Positions 34,001-42,468 of a stretch of DNA of 64,000 bases are shown piece after piece; positions within the stretch are counted from its first letter, which is position 1, and each line of letters opens with the position of its first letter. A program made the position numbers and the translations under genes. A model generated the notes under the pieces. That model had not been told where the DNA came from, did not search any database, and saw only the letters and a program-made list of their open reading frames with translations. The DNA is from Candidatus Latescibacterota bacterium. GTDB taxonomy: Bacteria > Latescibacterota > CBDEFO01. The DNA is taken from contig CBDEFO010000004.1 of NCBI GenBank assembly GCA_965237525.1, positions 288,001-352,000 of the forward strand, written 5' to 3'.

Positions 34001-37000
34001 ATTCCCGATACAGAAGATATAAACAACAACAGCTTCTTGGACTCAAGGAACGCGTATTATCAATATTCTATCCCGCTTTACACCGATAATACAGCAGATC
34101 CTACTTCATATTTGGTTGAAGGCACATATAGCAACGGCTGGAGACTCTTCAGGGTCCCGCTGTGGGATTCGCCTCAAATAAGGTCCCAAAATGAGGCTAA
34201 GCCCGATTCGACGCGTATAGAATACGTACGTCTTTGGGTGACAGGGGTTGACAGTAGAACAGAGATCTCTATTGCATCCATAGAGATAGCCGGAAACGAA
34301 TGGTTAGAGAGCCAGGGGCTGCTTGGCGATCAAAAGCTTGATGTCTCTATCAAAAGTACAGATCAAAACAAGGACTACATCTCTCCGGTTGAGAAGGAAT
34401 CAAGGCAGGTAGATAGGACAAGCGGCGTCCGAGAAAGGGAACAATCCTTGGTATTGAAGTTTGAAAATATCGCGCCAGGCCAGGAGGTATCAGCAAACAA
34501 GGTCCTCTTCAGAAAGGAAAGTTATACTGAGTACGGTAGACTGAAGATGTTCGTCAACGGACAGGGGGATAGTTTCCTACCCGATACGAGCACTGTTGAA
34601 CTTTTCATCAGGTTCGGAGCCGATACGACAAACTATTACGAATACAGGACGAAGGTATTTTCCGGCGAAGTATGGGACAAAAGGAACGAGATAGACATAG
34701 ACCTTGAGCTCATGTCCGGACTGAAAGGAGACCTCCTGGATGCGCAGGCAGCTGCTCGCGCAGATAGCCAGCATGTACCAACATACATAGATACTACGGT
34801 GGACGGGAAGGTGCACAGAGTCAGGGGAAATCCCGCACTCTCGAACATAAAGCTTTTGACTGTAGGCCTGATCAACAGAGGGACAGAGGATATAACAGGC
34901 GAGGTATGGGTCGATGAACTGCGTCTGGATGACGTCAGACGCGAAAAGGGAACAGCAGCGCGGCTTCAGATAAACGCAGGATTTGCAGATTTTATGGACA
35001 TAAGCACAAGTCTTAGCTGGCAGGAGGGCAACTTCAGGACGCTGCGGAGCGAACGGGGATCTGGGAGCACTCGGAGGAATATCAATTTCAGAGGCGACGC
35101 AAACCTGGACAGGTTCCTCCCAAACAACTGGGGAGTATCGCTGCCACTTCGAGTATCGTGGAACAACAGTCTTTCGCTTCCGAGATTGAAGCCCGGCTCT
35201 GATGTAGTATTAAGAAACGAGGAAAAGATGGATGAACGGACGGAAAGGACGCGCAAGAACATCAATATATCCTTCCGCAAAAAGGAATCCAAAAATCCGT
35301 TCATCAAGTACACAATAGATCGCGCATCGGCTACGTTCAACAGCACAATCGAGGACGGAATATCGCCCAGAGACTCTACTTTGAATGAATCCCTTTCCGG
35401 GTCGTTTAAATACGATCTATCCCCAAGGAGCGACAGTGGCATAAAACTTTTGGGATGGACATCGGCGTTTCTGCCCGATTTCTTCTCGGAAAGCAAGTTT
35501 CGCTACTTTCCATCTTCGTTCTCCTACTCAAATAAGACAAATAAAAACAAGCGCTTCAGGTCAACTGTAGATCAAAACCGTCAGAACAGAAGAGAGACAA
35601 AGGACGATAACTTCATCATGGTAGAAGATTATAGAGCCAAGTTCAATCCGTTTAAGAGCCTGTCGTCCGATTATTCTCTAAACCGTAAGAAGGACCTTGA
35701 GAGGAATCTGGATATAGGGAAATTCAAGTTCGGAGATGAGATAGGAAGATCTCAAAACGGGCACGTTGACTTGAAACTGGACTTGATAAAGTGGCTCAGC
35801 CAGTACTACAGCTATAACGCCAGATACAAGGAAAATAACGATCCGAAGACAAGGCGTGGAGGGCAGTCCGGAAGGGATATAAACAACGAAAATTCCATCT
35901 CTGGAAAGTTCACACTCCAGCTTCCTTCCTTTTTTAAAGCGATAGGCAATATCAAAAAGAAATCCAAAGATAAGGGAAAAGGCACCCTCTCAAAAGAAGA
36001 AGATAAGAAAGGAAAGGTATCCCCAGCAAGCATCGAAAGAACTTCTGCGGGAAACGGGACATCTCTTTTGGATCTGATAGCGGGATTAGGAGAAAAATTG
36101 AGTCCCGTAAGCGGCAGTTACACTAGGAAGAGAAGCTTTAGAAAGTTCGGTCTTAAAGACCGCCCAAGCCTGTCCTATCAGTTGGGATTCACAGAGGACC
36201 CGAAAGTGGAGAGCGCAAATCTTTCCGGAGTATCTCAGAGTGACTCCAAGACGATTTCGGACAGGATAAACGCCAACAGCGGAGTTAAACTCTTCTCAGG
36301 AATAAGCGTAAAGACAGACTACTTATACGACAGGAGCGTATCAGACATAGCCAACAGAGAGCCGAGACACACCAAGAAGGTTACCTTTCCTTCTTTAAGC
36401 AGCAGGTGGAACGGTTTAGCGAAGATGCCCCTTTTAAAGCGTGTTGCCAAAAGCTCCAATTTGGATTTTAAGTATAAAAGGGTTAATTCATGGAACGGAG
36501 ACGGAGGCCTGGATATAGATAAACTGAGAGGGAAGACAGCAACTTCTGACTTTTCTCCTCTCTTTGCATGGACTACAAGGTGGAAAAATAAGCTCAGAAC
36601 GACGCTCAAAAGCACGAATAGCCGGTCTTTTAGGACGGACTTTACCGGCGGGAGGGAAAGGGGTAGCACAGTGACTACCAAAAATTCGTCGGACTTCTCT
36701 TTGGACTATTCGATCAGTACCTCCAGGGGAATACCCTTCTTCGGGAAAAAGGTAAAATTAAAAAGCGATGTGGACATGACGCTCAAGTTCACAAAGAGTC
36801 GAACTAAGGAGGAAAACAAAGCGCCGTCATCTAAGGTATCTATTCCCAGGAGGGATCAGAACAGCTGGACGCTTGTGTTCAATTCCAGTTACAAGTTCAG
36901 TCGAAAGCTGACTGGGGGATCCAAGATAGAAGTCGGAAACACGTTTAATAATATCAGTAAAACGACTCGGAAGATTAGAGAGCTAGGATTCTGGGCTGAG

Positions 37001-37015
37001 ATAAGATTTGACTAA
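31046..37015 (+). CDS. sprA: Cell surface protein SprA / T9SS outer-membrane translocon
   Basis: ~2000 aa; IEAGN..LSLP..GLFGI, IDDFEGS, LIWYN, PDTEDIN, GWRLFRVPL, EVWVDELRL motifs; terminal aromatic beta-signal; ORF extends to 30995. Confidence 0.88.
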   Translation: MGNRKVFTILICALFLLLPNRAQSKLGLKVPDNYSTFWNKGGNGRSGRMSLSNDSPALLESNGKMIQDELEVYPGLNRVKFVKMFGKSRYGWPVTLGVDDFVQLSTDMDRGKLWFDRDAVRENKMDRKKDGGLSINIPVKIPKALRSFIGEGSRVKVSGRRKISFSGRSEWTEGQIVTARSRPSKFPSLNMKQDSRFTVEGIIGERIHVQVEQDSRGRTDNAIKLRYDGIEDGIIQEIEAGNTTLSLPGTQFVGFSAQSKGLFGIRAKSKVGSVDITTIVSQEKSSGKKKTFRGGAQQNKPRRIKDFQYVRNKYFFLDLLYKDRFRDKEYKSQDSVVDLRVFVDDQNQQNDAEDRAIDGLAYFDLNNREETATNFHRGKFHEIDPNDYFLDPRLGYIILNRPVRDYHVVAVTYETNRGDSFGDVDRPATVGEELTLKLIKAKNQRPFPGQETTWELEWKNVYNLGGRRINLEGFDLRIFKDLPGDDPDDSQNGVPYIKILGLDLKDRDNNAQSDNLVDLGEIQIGNFRFVPIDLERGELVFPDLQPFAPLNSDWARDNGLDIPPLEETIPQIYESQDRIVRQNASRYFIEVEVQDRQSSRVSISSFGILEGSEEVILNGRRLQRRTDYNIDYFSGDITFLTDEALSPTAEVVVNFEDSPLFAFAAQQKTLIGTRAEYKFMGRSSLGSTFLYNNERSIDKRVRVGQEPARTIIWDTDLRLRFEPKLMTSFVNAIPFVKSSQSSKLDISAEFAQSLPNPNTLGQAFIDDFEGSSRKTSFGIFRSVWTQASPPVDDPQQIEDFKSNQGRLIWYNPFDRIDTREIWPNKEVSSRENKTDVLVLDFDPEGKATYQDAASGPIEERWGGVMRALPSGGNDFSRSKFIEVWVKGDDGTLNIDLGDISEDVILNKILDTEDRDISGIRNNVLDIDEDVGIDGLADEDEPGYVPVSNPDPNGDNWHYDSDRDSRDNYEQINGTEDSKHDSDRGLIPDTEDINNNSFLDSRNAYYQYSIPLYTDNTADPTSYLVEGTYSNGWRLFRVPLWDSPQIRSQNEAKPDSTRIEYVRLWVTGVDSRTEISIASIEIAGNEWLESQGLLGDQKLDVSIKSTDQNKDYISPVEKESRQVDRTSGVREREQSLVLKFENIAPGQEVSANKVLFRKESYTEYGRLKMFVNGQGDSFLPDTSTVELFIRFGADTTNYYEYRTKVFSGEVWDKRNEIDIDLELMSGLKGDLLDAQAAARADSQHVPTYIDTTVDGKVHRVRGNPALSNIKLLTVGLINRGTEDITGEVWVDELRLDDVRREKGTAARLQINAGFADFMDISTSLSWQEGNFRTLRSERGSGSTRRNINFRGDANLDRFLPNNWGVSLPLRVSWNNSLSLPRLKPGSDVVLRNEEKMDERTERTRKNINISFRKKESKNPFIKYTIDRASATFNSTIEDGISPRDSTLNESLSGSFKYDLSPRSDSGIKLLGWTSAFLPDFFSESKFRYFPSSFSYSNKTNKNKRFRSTVDQNRQNRRETKDDNFIMVEDYRAKFNPFKSLSSDYSLNRKKDLERNLDIGKFKFGDEIGRSQNGHVDLKLDLIKWLSQYYSYNARYKENNDPKTRRGGQSGRDINNENSISGKFTLQLPSFFKAIGNIKKKSKDKGKGTLSKEEDKKGKVSPASIERTSAGNGTSLLDLIAGLGEKLSPVSGSYTRKRSFRKFGLKDRPSLSYQLGFTEDPKVESANLSGVSQSDSKTISDRINANSGVKLFSGISVKTDYLYDRSVSDIANREPRHTKKVTFPSLSSRWNGLAKMPLLKRVAKSSNLDFKYKRVNSWNGDGGLDIDKLRGKTATSDFSPLFAWTTRWKNKLRTTLKSTNSRSFRTDFTGGRERGSTVTTKNSSDFSLDYSISTSRGIPFFGKKVKLKSDVDMTLKFTKSRTKEENKAPSSKVSIPRRDQNSWTLVFNSSYKFSRKLTGGSKIEVGNTFNNISKTTRKIRELGFWAEIRFD

Positions 37016-37030
37016 GTCAGCAGATAGTAG

Positions 37031-37211
37031 GTAGGGGCGAGGTTACCTCGCCCAATAGATAGGGGATTCCTTCGGTGTTTCACCCTTTGCAATGACTAAG
37101 GTCACAGCCAGACAATGTCATAGCGAGGCGGCGTGGCCGCTTTGCTGGGAAGGCAGCTTGCCCCCGATAGATTCAATCGGGGGCTTGCCACGAAGTGGGC
37201 AAAGGAATCTC
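37031..37211. repeat. Composite repeat block: GTAG REP, palindromic repeat and CCCCCGATAGATTCAATCGGGGG palindrome
   Basis: GTAGGGGCGAGGTTACCTCGCCC 37031-37053; palindrome 37161-37183. Confidence 0.7.
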
Positions 37212-37252
37212 GTAGACGATGGCATTACAAGCCAAAGTTAAGGAGAAAAACT

Positions 37253-38200
37253 GTGGCTAAGGCTAAAGGAGCAACCGGAATTCATATCTGCGGCGGGACG
37301 CTCAGAATGATGGAGATACAGAAGCAAAAGGAGGCAACAGTCTTGATGGGGCTGGGATATTCTCAATTGCCATCGGACTTTAATCCACCGGATATTATGG
37401 ACGATAGAATAAAGACACAGATAGCAGAAGCTATATCTTCGATGTCCGCGACGCATCACATAGATACATCCAGGTGTGTGGTTTCAATAGATGGGAGCTT
37501 CATAACGTTGAAGAAGGCTCCGCTGGAGGGGAAAGGCAAACATCTGGAGGAACAGGTGAGGTGGGAGATGGAGCAGTCGCTGACTTCGGGCGTAGAAGAT
37601 TATATAATAGACTTCTACGACGCAGGTGCAGATGGTTTCCTTGTCGGAGTAAGAACAGAAGTGATAGATACTTATATTGACTTATGTTCCAAGGCCGGCG
37701 TCAAGCTAAAAGCGGCGGATATAGATCCGTTTGCCCTATTCAACCTGGCAGAAGTGATAACCCTCTTTAACGAGGATAAGTTAGGAGTTGTGATCTCCGT
37801 TGAATCGAAAGTGGCAAACTTTGCCGCGTTTAAGGGCGTCAGTCCTGTAGCAGCGGGAATAATAGATATGAAGGGGAAAAACGGTGAAGATCACACAGAA
37901 CCGGAAAACTTTCTGGCAAGGAGGATCAAAAGAGCCGTTACGTCTTCCTATATCGACGATGAAGAGGGGCAGCCGCAGAGGCCACATATTGACGAAGTGG
38001 CATTAGGAGGAGATAAAGGCAGGGAAGACAGATTAATTCAAGCTGTGGAAGCGCATTTGGGAGTCACACCACAGATCTTAGACCCATTCGGGGGATTAGA
38101 TGTGTCGTCCCTCCCCGAGGATGATCAATACCTCTTGGACAGAGGCGACGTCTTTTGTATTTGCGCTGGATTAGCGTACAGGGGGCTCCAGGAAAAATGA
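37253..38200 (+). CDS. pilM: PilM-like actin-fold pilus assembly protein
   Basis: GIHICG (GIDIG-like), QVRWEM, DIDPFAL.N, LGG, AGLAYRG; AAGGAG RBS. Confidence 0.75.
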   Translation: MAKAKGATGIHICGGTLRMMEIQKQKEATVLMGLGYSQLPSDFNPPDIMDDRIKTQIAEAISSMSATHHIDTSRCVVSIDGSFITLKKAPLEGKGKHLEEQVRWEMEQSLTSGVEDYIIDFYDAGADGFLVGVRTEVIDTYIDLCSKAGVKLKAADIDPFALFNLAEVITLFNEDKLGVVISVESKVANFAAFKGVSPVAAGIIDMKGKNGEDHTEPENFLARRIKRAVTSSYIDDEEGQPQRPHIDEVALGGDKGREDRLIQAVEAHLGVTPQILDPFGGLDVSSLPEDDQYLLDRGDVFCICAGLAYRGLQEK

Positions 38201-39189
38201 TCAGGATAAACCTTCTTCAAAAGAAGCCCCCAAAGACGGGCGGAGGCAAAAGCTTTATCCCCTTACTCACAGCAGTTGTGGTAGTAGCGGCATTAGGCAG
38301 CGGAGGTTATTATTTTAGGTCAGAGCTTAAGGGTGAGATACGCTTGATAGCCGCGACCGCCAAAGGGATACTTAAGAAGAAATCAGTGACAAAACATCCG
38401 ACAGCGGCAATCCCAGAGACTTCCAAAGAGGGAGTGCCAGCTGTAGTAAAGGAGAGGACAGTCGAGACACCACAACCGTCCCGAAAAGCGGAAGAACGTC
38501 CACAGCCAAAGGTCGATACGGATATAGCCGTCAAGGGATCAGAGCCCCAAAAAGAGTCGCAGGCGACGCTCGCCATCCAAGAACTTTTCAGAGGGAAAGA
38601 CGTATGTCTGGAGGTTCTTGTGAAGGTCAAGGGGGCGCTGGTGTTCCCGCTGGTTCAGATTAATTCGGTAACTGTTAATTACACAGGAGATTACTTTATC
38701 CAGGGATCTTCCCCTGCATCCCAGAATGCAAAAGAACTCTTGGCTTCCTTAAAAAAGGAATTCCCGCATCACAGTGCACAGATATCGGTGCCAAAGGGGA
38801 CGCACAGGGGTGCTTTGAACTTTTCGATCTGGGGGTCCGCATCTTTGATACCCGAACCGGAAAGATATTCGGAAGATCACTCTTTGACAGTGGCCGGTTT
38901 CGTTTCCCTGGACAAGGCGATTCAGAAAAAGGGCGCAGAGATAGGTCTGAACTTCACTGGTGCAGAGATCACAAGATCCCCGCAGAGTTACGTTCCTAAA
39001 CTCGAAAAGAGACTGTGGGCTAGTGGGAGCTACGATCAGGCAAGCGAGTTTTTCGACTACCTGAGGCAAACACAGCCTAAACAGATGAGACTATCCTACG
39101 CCGCGCTTACCCCCTCTGAGATGCACGGTAATGTATCAATAGCGGTGACTCTGGATTTTTATATGAGGGAAGGGGCAATCGGTATGTGA
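38197..39189 (+). CDS. PilN-like membrane protein with PilO-like C-terminal segment
   Basis: MIRINLL PilM-binding motif, one TM, Pro-rich linker, GSYDQ..FFDYL; ATGA overlap with pilM. Confidence 0.6.
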   Translation: MIRINLLQKKPPKTGGGKSFIPLLTAVVVVAALGSGGYYFRSELKGEIRLIAATAKGILKKKSVTKHPTAAIPETSKEGVPAVVKERTVETPQPSRKAEERPQPKVDTDIAVKGSEPQKESQATLAIQELFRGKDVCLEVLVKVKGALVFPLVQINSVTVNYTGDYFIQGSSPASQNAKELLASLKKEFPHHSAQISVPKGTHRGALNFSIWGSASLIPEPERYSEDHSLTVAGFVSLDKAIQKKGAEIGLNFTGAEITRSPQSYVPKLEKRLWASGSYDQASEFFDYLRQTQPKQMRLSYAALTPSEMHGNVSIAVTLDFYMREGAIGM

Positions 39190-39278
39190 GCCGGGCTGCG
39201 TCGGAACGTCATGCACCCTGTAGACTCAGTAGTTGGGCACATTGGTCATAGGTGGCAAGCCAGTTGGAGGCGCCGACT

Positions 39279-39429
39279 ATATTAAGACACTTCACACTTG
39301 AATATTGGATAGATGATGGCTGGTACGTCGGTAAGCTTAAGGAGGTGCCGGGCGTATTTAGCCAGGGGGAAACACCTTGAAGAAAATATCAAAGATGCCT
39401 ATCGTTTGATGATGTCAGAGGAAATGTAG
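39279..39429 (+). pseudogene. HicB-family antitoxin remnant
   Basis: FTLEYWIDDGWYVGKLKEVPGVFSQGET / LEENIKDAY; ATA in place of start and a frameshifting deletion. Confidence 0.75.
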
Positions 39430-39490
39430 CCAAACGAAGATCTGATTTAGACTGCAATAATAGCTGTGCTTGCCACCTTTGTTGGGAAGT
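39429..39490 (+). other. Degenerate attC-like site
   Basis: GCCAAAC...GTTGGGA; related to 41388-41448. Confidence 0.45.
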
Positions 39491-39578
39491 ATAATTCAAA
39501 TTCGGTATAAGGGACGTGGCGAATCTAATGGGGTATGCCTGTCGCGCAGGACGAGAATCTCAACTTGGGGGAGAACAT

Positions 39579-41384
39579 ATGATACAGTCTGACCATGGCG
39601 ATTCAAGGGATGCCAGCAATCAATCTGATCTCACCTCAACAACGGATAAGACGATAGAGGATCACCAATCATCCGTAGCAATCAATGAGGAACAAACTGC
39701 AGACGGGCCCGGTTCGTTAAACGATTCTGAGGAACCGGAATCTACAGTTGATCTGTCCTGTAAACCTAAGACCACCAAGCGGCGGCGACGCAGACATCCC
39801 AGCCGAGAATCTGCCGAGCAGCGACTACAGGGGCGTCGGGGCTTGTGCAGGCAGATCACCGATATCGCTCCAGGTATGTTAAAAACATCCAAGTTGCGAA
39901 TCCTTGGACAATACCTTGACTCCACGAAAGGTCTAGATGACGGTGCCTTGACCGCTCAGCTTAAGTCGGACGCAAAGAAGATCGCTTCGAAGGATCGAAT
40001 TCTCCAGATACTTGATGATATTGATCCGGATGTCAATCGGCGAACACTCAAGAAAATTATGTTGTTCAGTGTCTTGCTACAGGAGGAAACATATAGCCTT
40101 GAGGAGACCCGCCTTGAAGAGAAGGTTATCGAATACGAAAAGTCGATCGTCAAACGGTCAAAGACACTGGATTTCTTCGATCCCCAAAAGCACGACCTAT
40201 CTCGATGGCACCAATATGACACTTATCGAATCGTGCTTGAGACGGCGTGGCGAAACCGTGATGATATCTCTACTGACGAAGCAAACCTGCTTCGTATCCT
40301 TCGTGAACATCTAAACATCGCAATGGAAGAGCACTGGCTTATCGAAGCACACATCAAGCGATTTCCAAAAGCCAAGGGCGCACTTCATACCCGAGACGAT
40401 GTTCACGAGGCCCGCAAGCAACTCCAGCGAGAATCATTGCTTTGGAGCTACCGAGACGAGAACAAGCGGTACATTGATGTTATTCCTGCCGAGGTGGTAG
40501 ATGTTCTGCGATACGAGGTGATTCATCTTGAACTGCAACGCACGAATTATCGCCGAATACTCCATCACGATAGCATCAAAATCGCCGATCTCAGGAAATT
40601 ATTGATCTCGCGAGGCATGGATCGCTACGGCAATAAATCTGAGTTAATTGACAGAATCATTAATAGCGACATCCGGCCCAGCTCTGTTCTTTCCGATCTC
40701 GACAGACCAAAGCTTTCAGAGATGTGTCGTCAGGTCGGCCTAAAGAGCTCTGACAATAAATCTGATCTAATTAGTCGTCTTATTGATTTCTACGACGATC
40801 TGACTTTTGAAGAACGTACCACACGCGATGAGCGCGAGGAGTGGTACAATAACTATGAGATTCTTGCGGCGAGACAGTACTCAGATCTCAGGGCGAAGAA
40901 ACAAATCACAAAAGACCTTGAAATAGAGCATCAATTTGAACAGGCAACGGATTTTCTTTTTGAAGTCAAGCTTAGTGTATCTATAGATAAGGAACGCAAG
41001 GGTACGCAGGCTGATGGCCGTATTGAGCTAGAAGATCGTCAGACGATTCTCTGGGACTGCAAGTCGGCCGAGAAGAAGATTAATCTTCAAGATTATCTTG
41101 AGGATCAGTTCGATGGCTACCTTCGGCATGAGCGAGAGCAAGGCTTCCGACCTCTGGTGTTCATCGTCATTGCACCCACTTTCAGCCGACAATCTCTTAA
41201 GCTAGCTTACCAATACAAAGCTCAGACAAACTGGGACGTAGCGTTAGTAACCGCTGAGGCACTCAAGTATCTGGCAGAAAGTTGGTCTGCTCTTGAGCCG
41301 AACAAGCCGTTCCCTGTCCAGCTTCTGAACCGAACTGAAATCATTGACAAGGAAAAGGCTGATTTCCTCATGAGTCTCGCATAG
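39579..41384 (+). CDS. Putative nuclease: TerB-like helices, two SAP domains, C-terminal PD-(D/E)XK domain
   Basis: ADLRKLL..RGM...GNKSELIDRI and KLSEMCRQVGL..SDNKSDLISRL; FE...ADG...WDCKS...QF..Y. Confidence 0.62.
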   Translation: MIQSDHGDSRDASNQSDLTSTTDKTIEDHQSSVAINEEQTADGPGSLNDSEEPESTVDLSCKPKTTKRRRRRHPSRESAEQRLQGRRGLCRQITDIAPGMLKTSKLRILGQYLDSTKGLDDGALTAQLKSDAKKIASKDRILQILDDIDPDVNRRTLKKIMLFSVLLQEETYSLEETRLEEKVIEYEKSIVKRSKTLDFFDPQKHDLSRWHQYDTYRIVLETAWRNRDDISTDEANLLRILREHLNIAMEEHWLIEAHIKRFPKAKGALHTRDDVHEARKQLQRESLLWSYRDENKRYIDVIPAEVVDVLRYEVIHLELQRTNYRRILHHDSIKIADLRKLLISRGMDRYGNKSELIDRIINSDIRPSSVLSDLDRPKLSEMCRQVGLKSSDNKSDLISRLIDFYDDLTFEERTTRDEREEWYNNYEILAARQYSDLRAKKQITKDLEIEHQFEQATDFLFEVKLSVSIDKERKGTQADGRIELEDRQTILWDCKSAEKKINLQDYLEDQFDGYLRHEREQGFRPLVFIVIAPTFSRQSLKLAYQYKAQTNWDVALVTAEALKYLAESWSALEPNKPFPVQLLNRTEIIDKEKADFLMSLA

Positions 41385-41387
41385 GAC

Positions 41388-41448
41388 TGCCCACGAAGAT
41401 CCGACTTGAACTCCACTACCAGCTCTATGTGCCACTTCAATTGGGCAG
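41388..41448 (+). other. Degenerate attC-like site
   Basis: GCCCAC-GAAGATC...GCCAC...TTGGGC right after the nuclease stop. Confidence 0.45.
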
Positions 41449-41503
41449 TGTGTAATTATAAGTTGCCGCTTTCAATATCAACTACCGTAAAAGGAGCTGC
41501 ACT

Positions 41504-41746
41504 ATGAATGAAACACAGTATTTCCTTGAGATATACGGTTCGGATAGTGCTGATCCTCTGGTAGGATTTCAATCATCAACTCCTTTCATGGCTATCGAGC
41601 GCGGTTCTCTCCTTCATACAGGAATGTGGGATGATACCAGCTCACAGGGCAATTAGCTTAGAGTTGTAACTGTGAAACATCTAATCTGGGAATTAAGCCA
41701 TGTTAGCCACAAGATAATGATATACACTGAATCCGTAGAAACATAG
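41504..41746 (+). pseudogene. Small hypothetical cassette gene with internal TAG
   Basis: AAGGAG RBS; MNETQYFLEIYG...SQGN*LRVVTVKHLIW...ESVET*. Confidence 0.55.
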
Positions 41747-41783
41747 CACAAGCACGATATGGATAAGTTAGCATCAGCCAGTA

Positions 41784-41841
41784 TCCTAACAAATCGCCGC
41801 AGTGGGCGTTGTACTCGCGCCCGTGAGCTTCGTCGTTAGGC
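41784..41841 (+). other. Integron attC recombination site
   Basis: TCCTAAC-AAATCGCCGCAG..GGGCG..CGCCCGTGAGC..GTTAGGC, 58 bp imperfect palindrome. Confidence 0.78.
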
Positions 41842-41909
41842 TGTAAGGCGGCAATTGAACGAAGGACACTTACCAAATGGAACCCTGATTATTCAGGAGG
41901 AAGATAGCC

Positions 41910-42152
41910 ATGCTAACGAGATACATAAAGGCAGCTATACAGCACGCCCATTACGAGATACTACCAGATGAAGGCGAGTACTACGGAGAGATTCCAGAAT
42001 GTAACGGCGTGTACGCCACTGCCGACAATCTCGAAAATTGTCGGGAAGAACTCGAAGAAGTGCTCGAAGAGTGGATTCTATTTCGGGTTTATAGAAATCT
42101 ATCCCTACCTGTTATCGACGGCATCGAATTGACTATCAAGGAAGTAGCGTAG
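41910..42152 (+). CDS. HicB-family antitoxin
   Basis: MLTRYIKAA..A.YEIL...YYGEIPECNGVYA....LE.CR. Confidence 0.88.
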   Translation: MLTRYIKAAIQHAHYEILPDEGEYYGEIPECNGVYATADNLENCREELEEVLEEWILFRVYRNLSLPVIDGIELTIKEVA

Positions 42153-42369
42153 TGCCCATGTTGGACCGATTAAGCGCAGGGATCTGATCCGTTATTCGAG
42201 ACTCTTGGGCTTTGAAGGTCCCTATTCCGGTGGTAAACATCAATTTATGGCAAAAGGTGATATTACCTTACGAATGCCTAACCCACATCAAGGGGATATT
42301 GGTAAGGATTTATTGAGCAGAATATTACGACAAGCCCAGATCAGTAAGGATGAGTGGGAAAGACTATAA
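42152..42369 (+). pseudogene. HicA-family toxin with 1-nt deletion near the start
   Basis: GPIKRRDLIRY..LGFEGPYSGGKHQFM...PNPHQGDIG out of frame with GTG 42152 (218 nt). Confidence 0.82.
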
Positions 42370-42379
42370 GGCTTTGAGT

Positions 42380-42403
42380 GCTTAACAACTCGCTGAAACT
42401 GAC
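42380..42403 (+). other. Left half of an attC-like site, truncated
   Basis: GCTTAAC-AACTCGCTGAA resembles the start of the 41784 site. Confidence 0.45.
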
Positions 42404-42468
42404 ATTTTCCTCTGCACTTTGCTCCGATCGCCCGCGGTCAGGTTACCATACTGTCTACTTTTTTGAGC

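Noticed and set aside
37133..37252. N-terminal extension of pilM
   Set aside because: It is translated repeat DNA; the AAGGAG RBS supports GTG 37253.
41654..41656. In-frame TAG codons (also 22643) as recoding or pyrrolysine
   Set aside because: TAG terminates many ordinary genes here, and in-frame TAA breaks occur too, so nonsense mutation is simpler.
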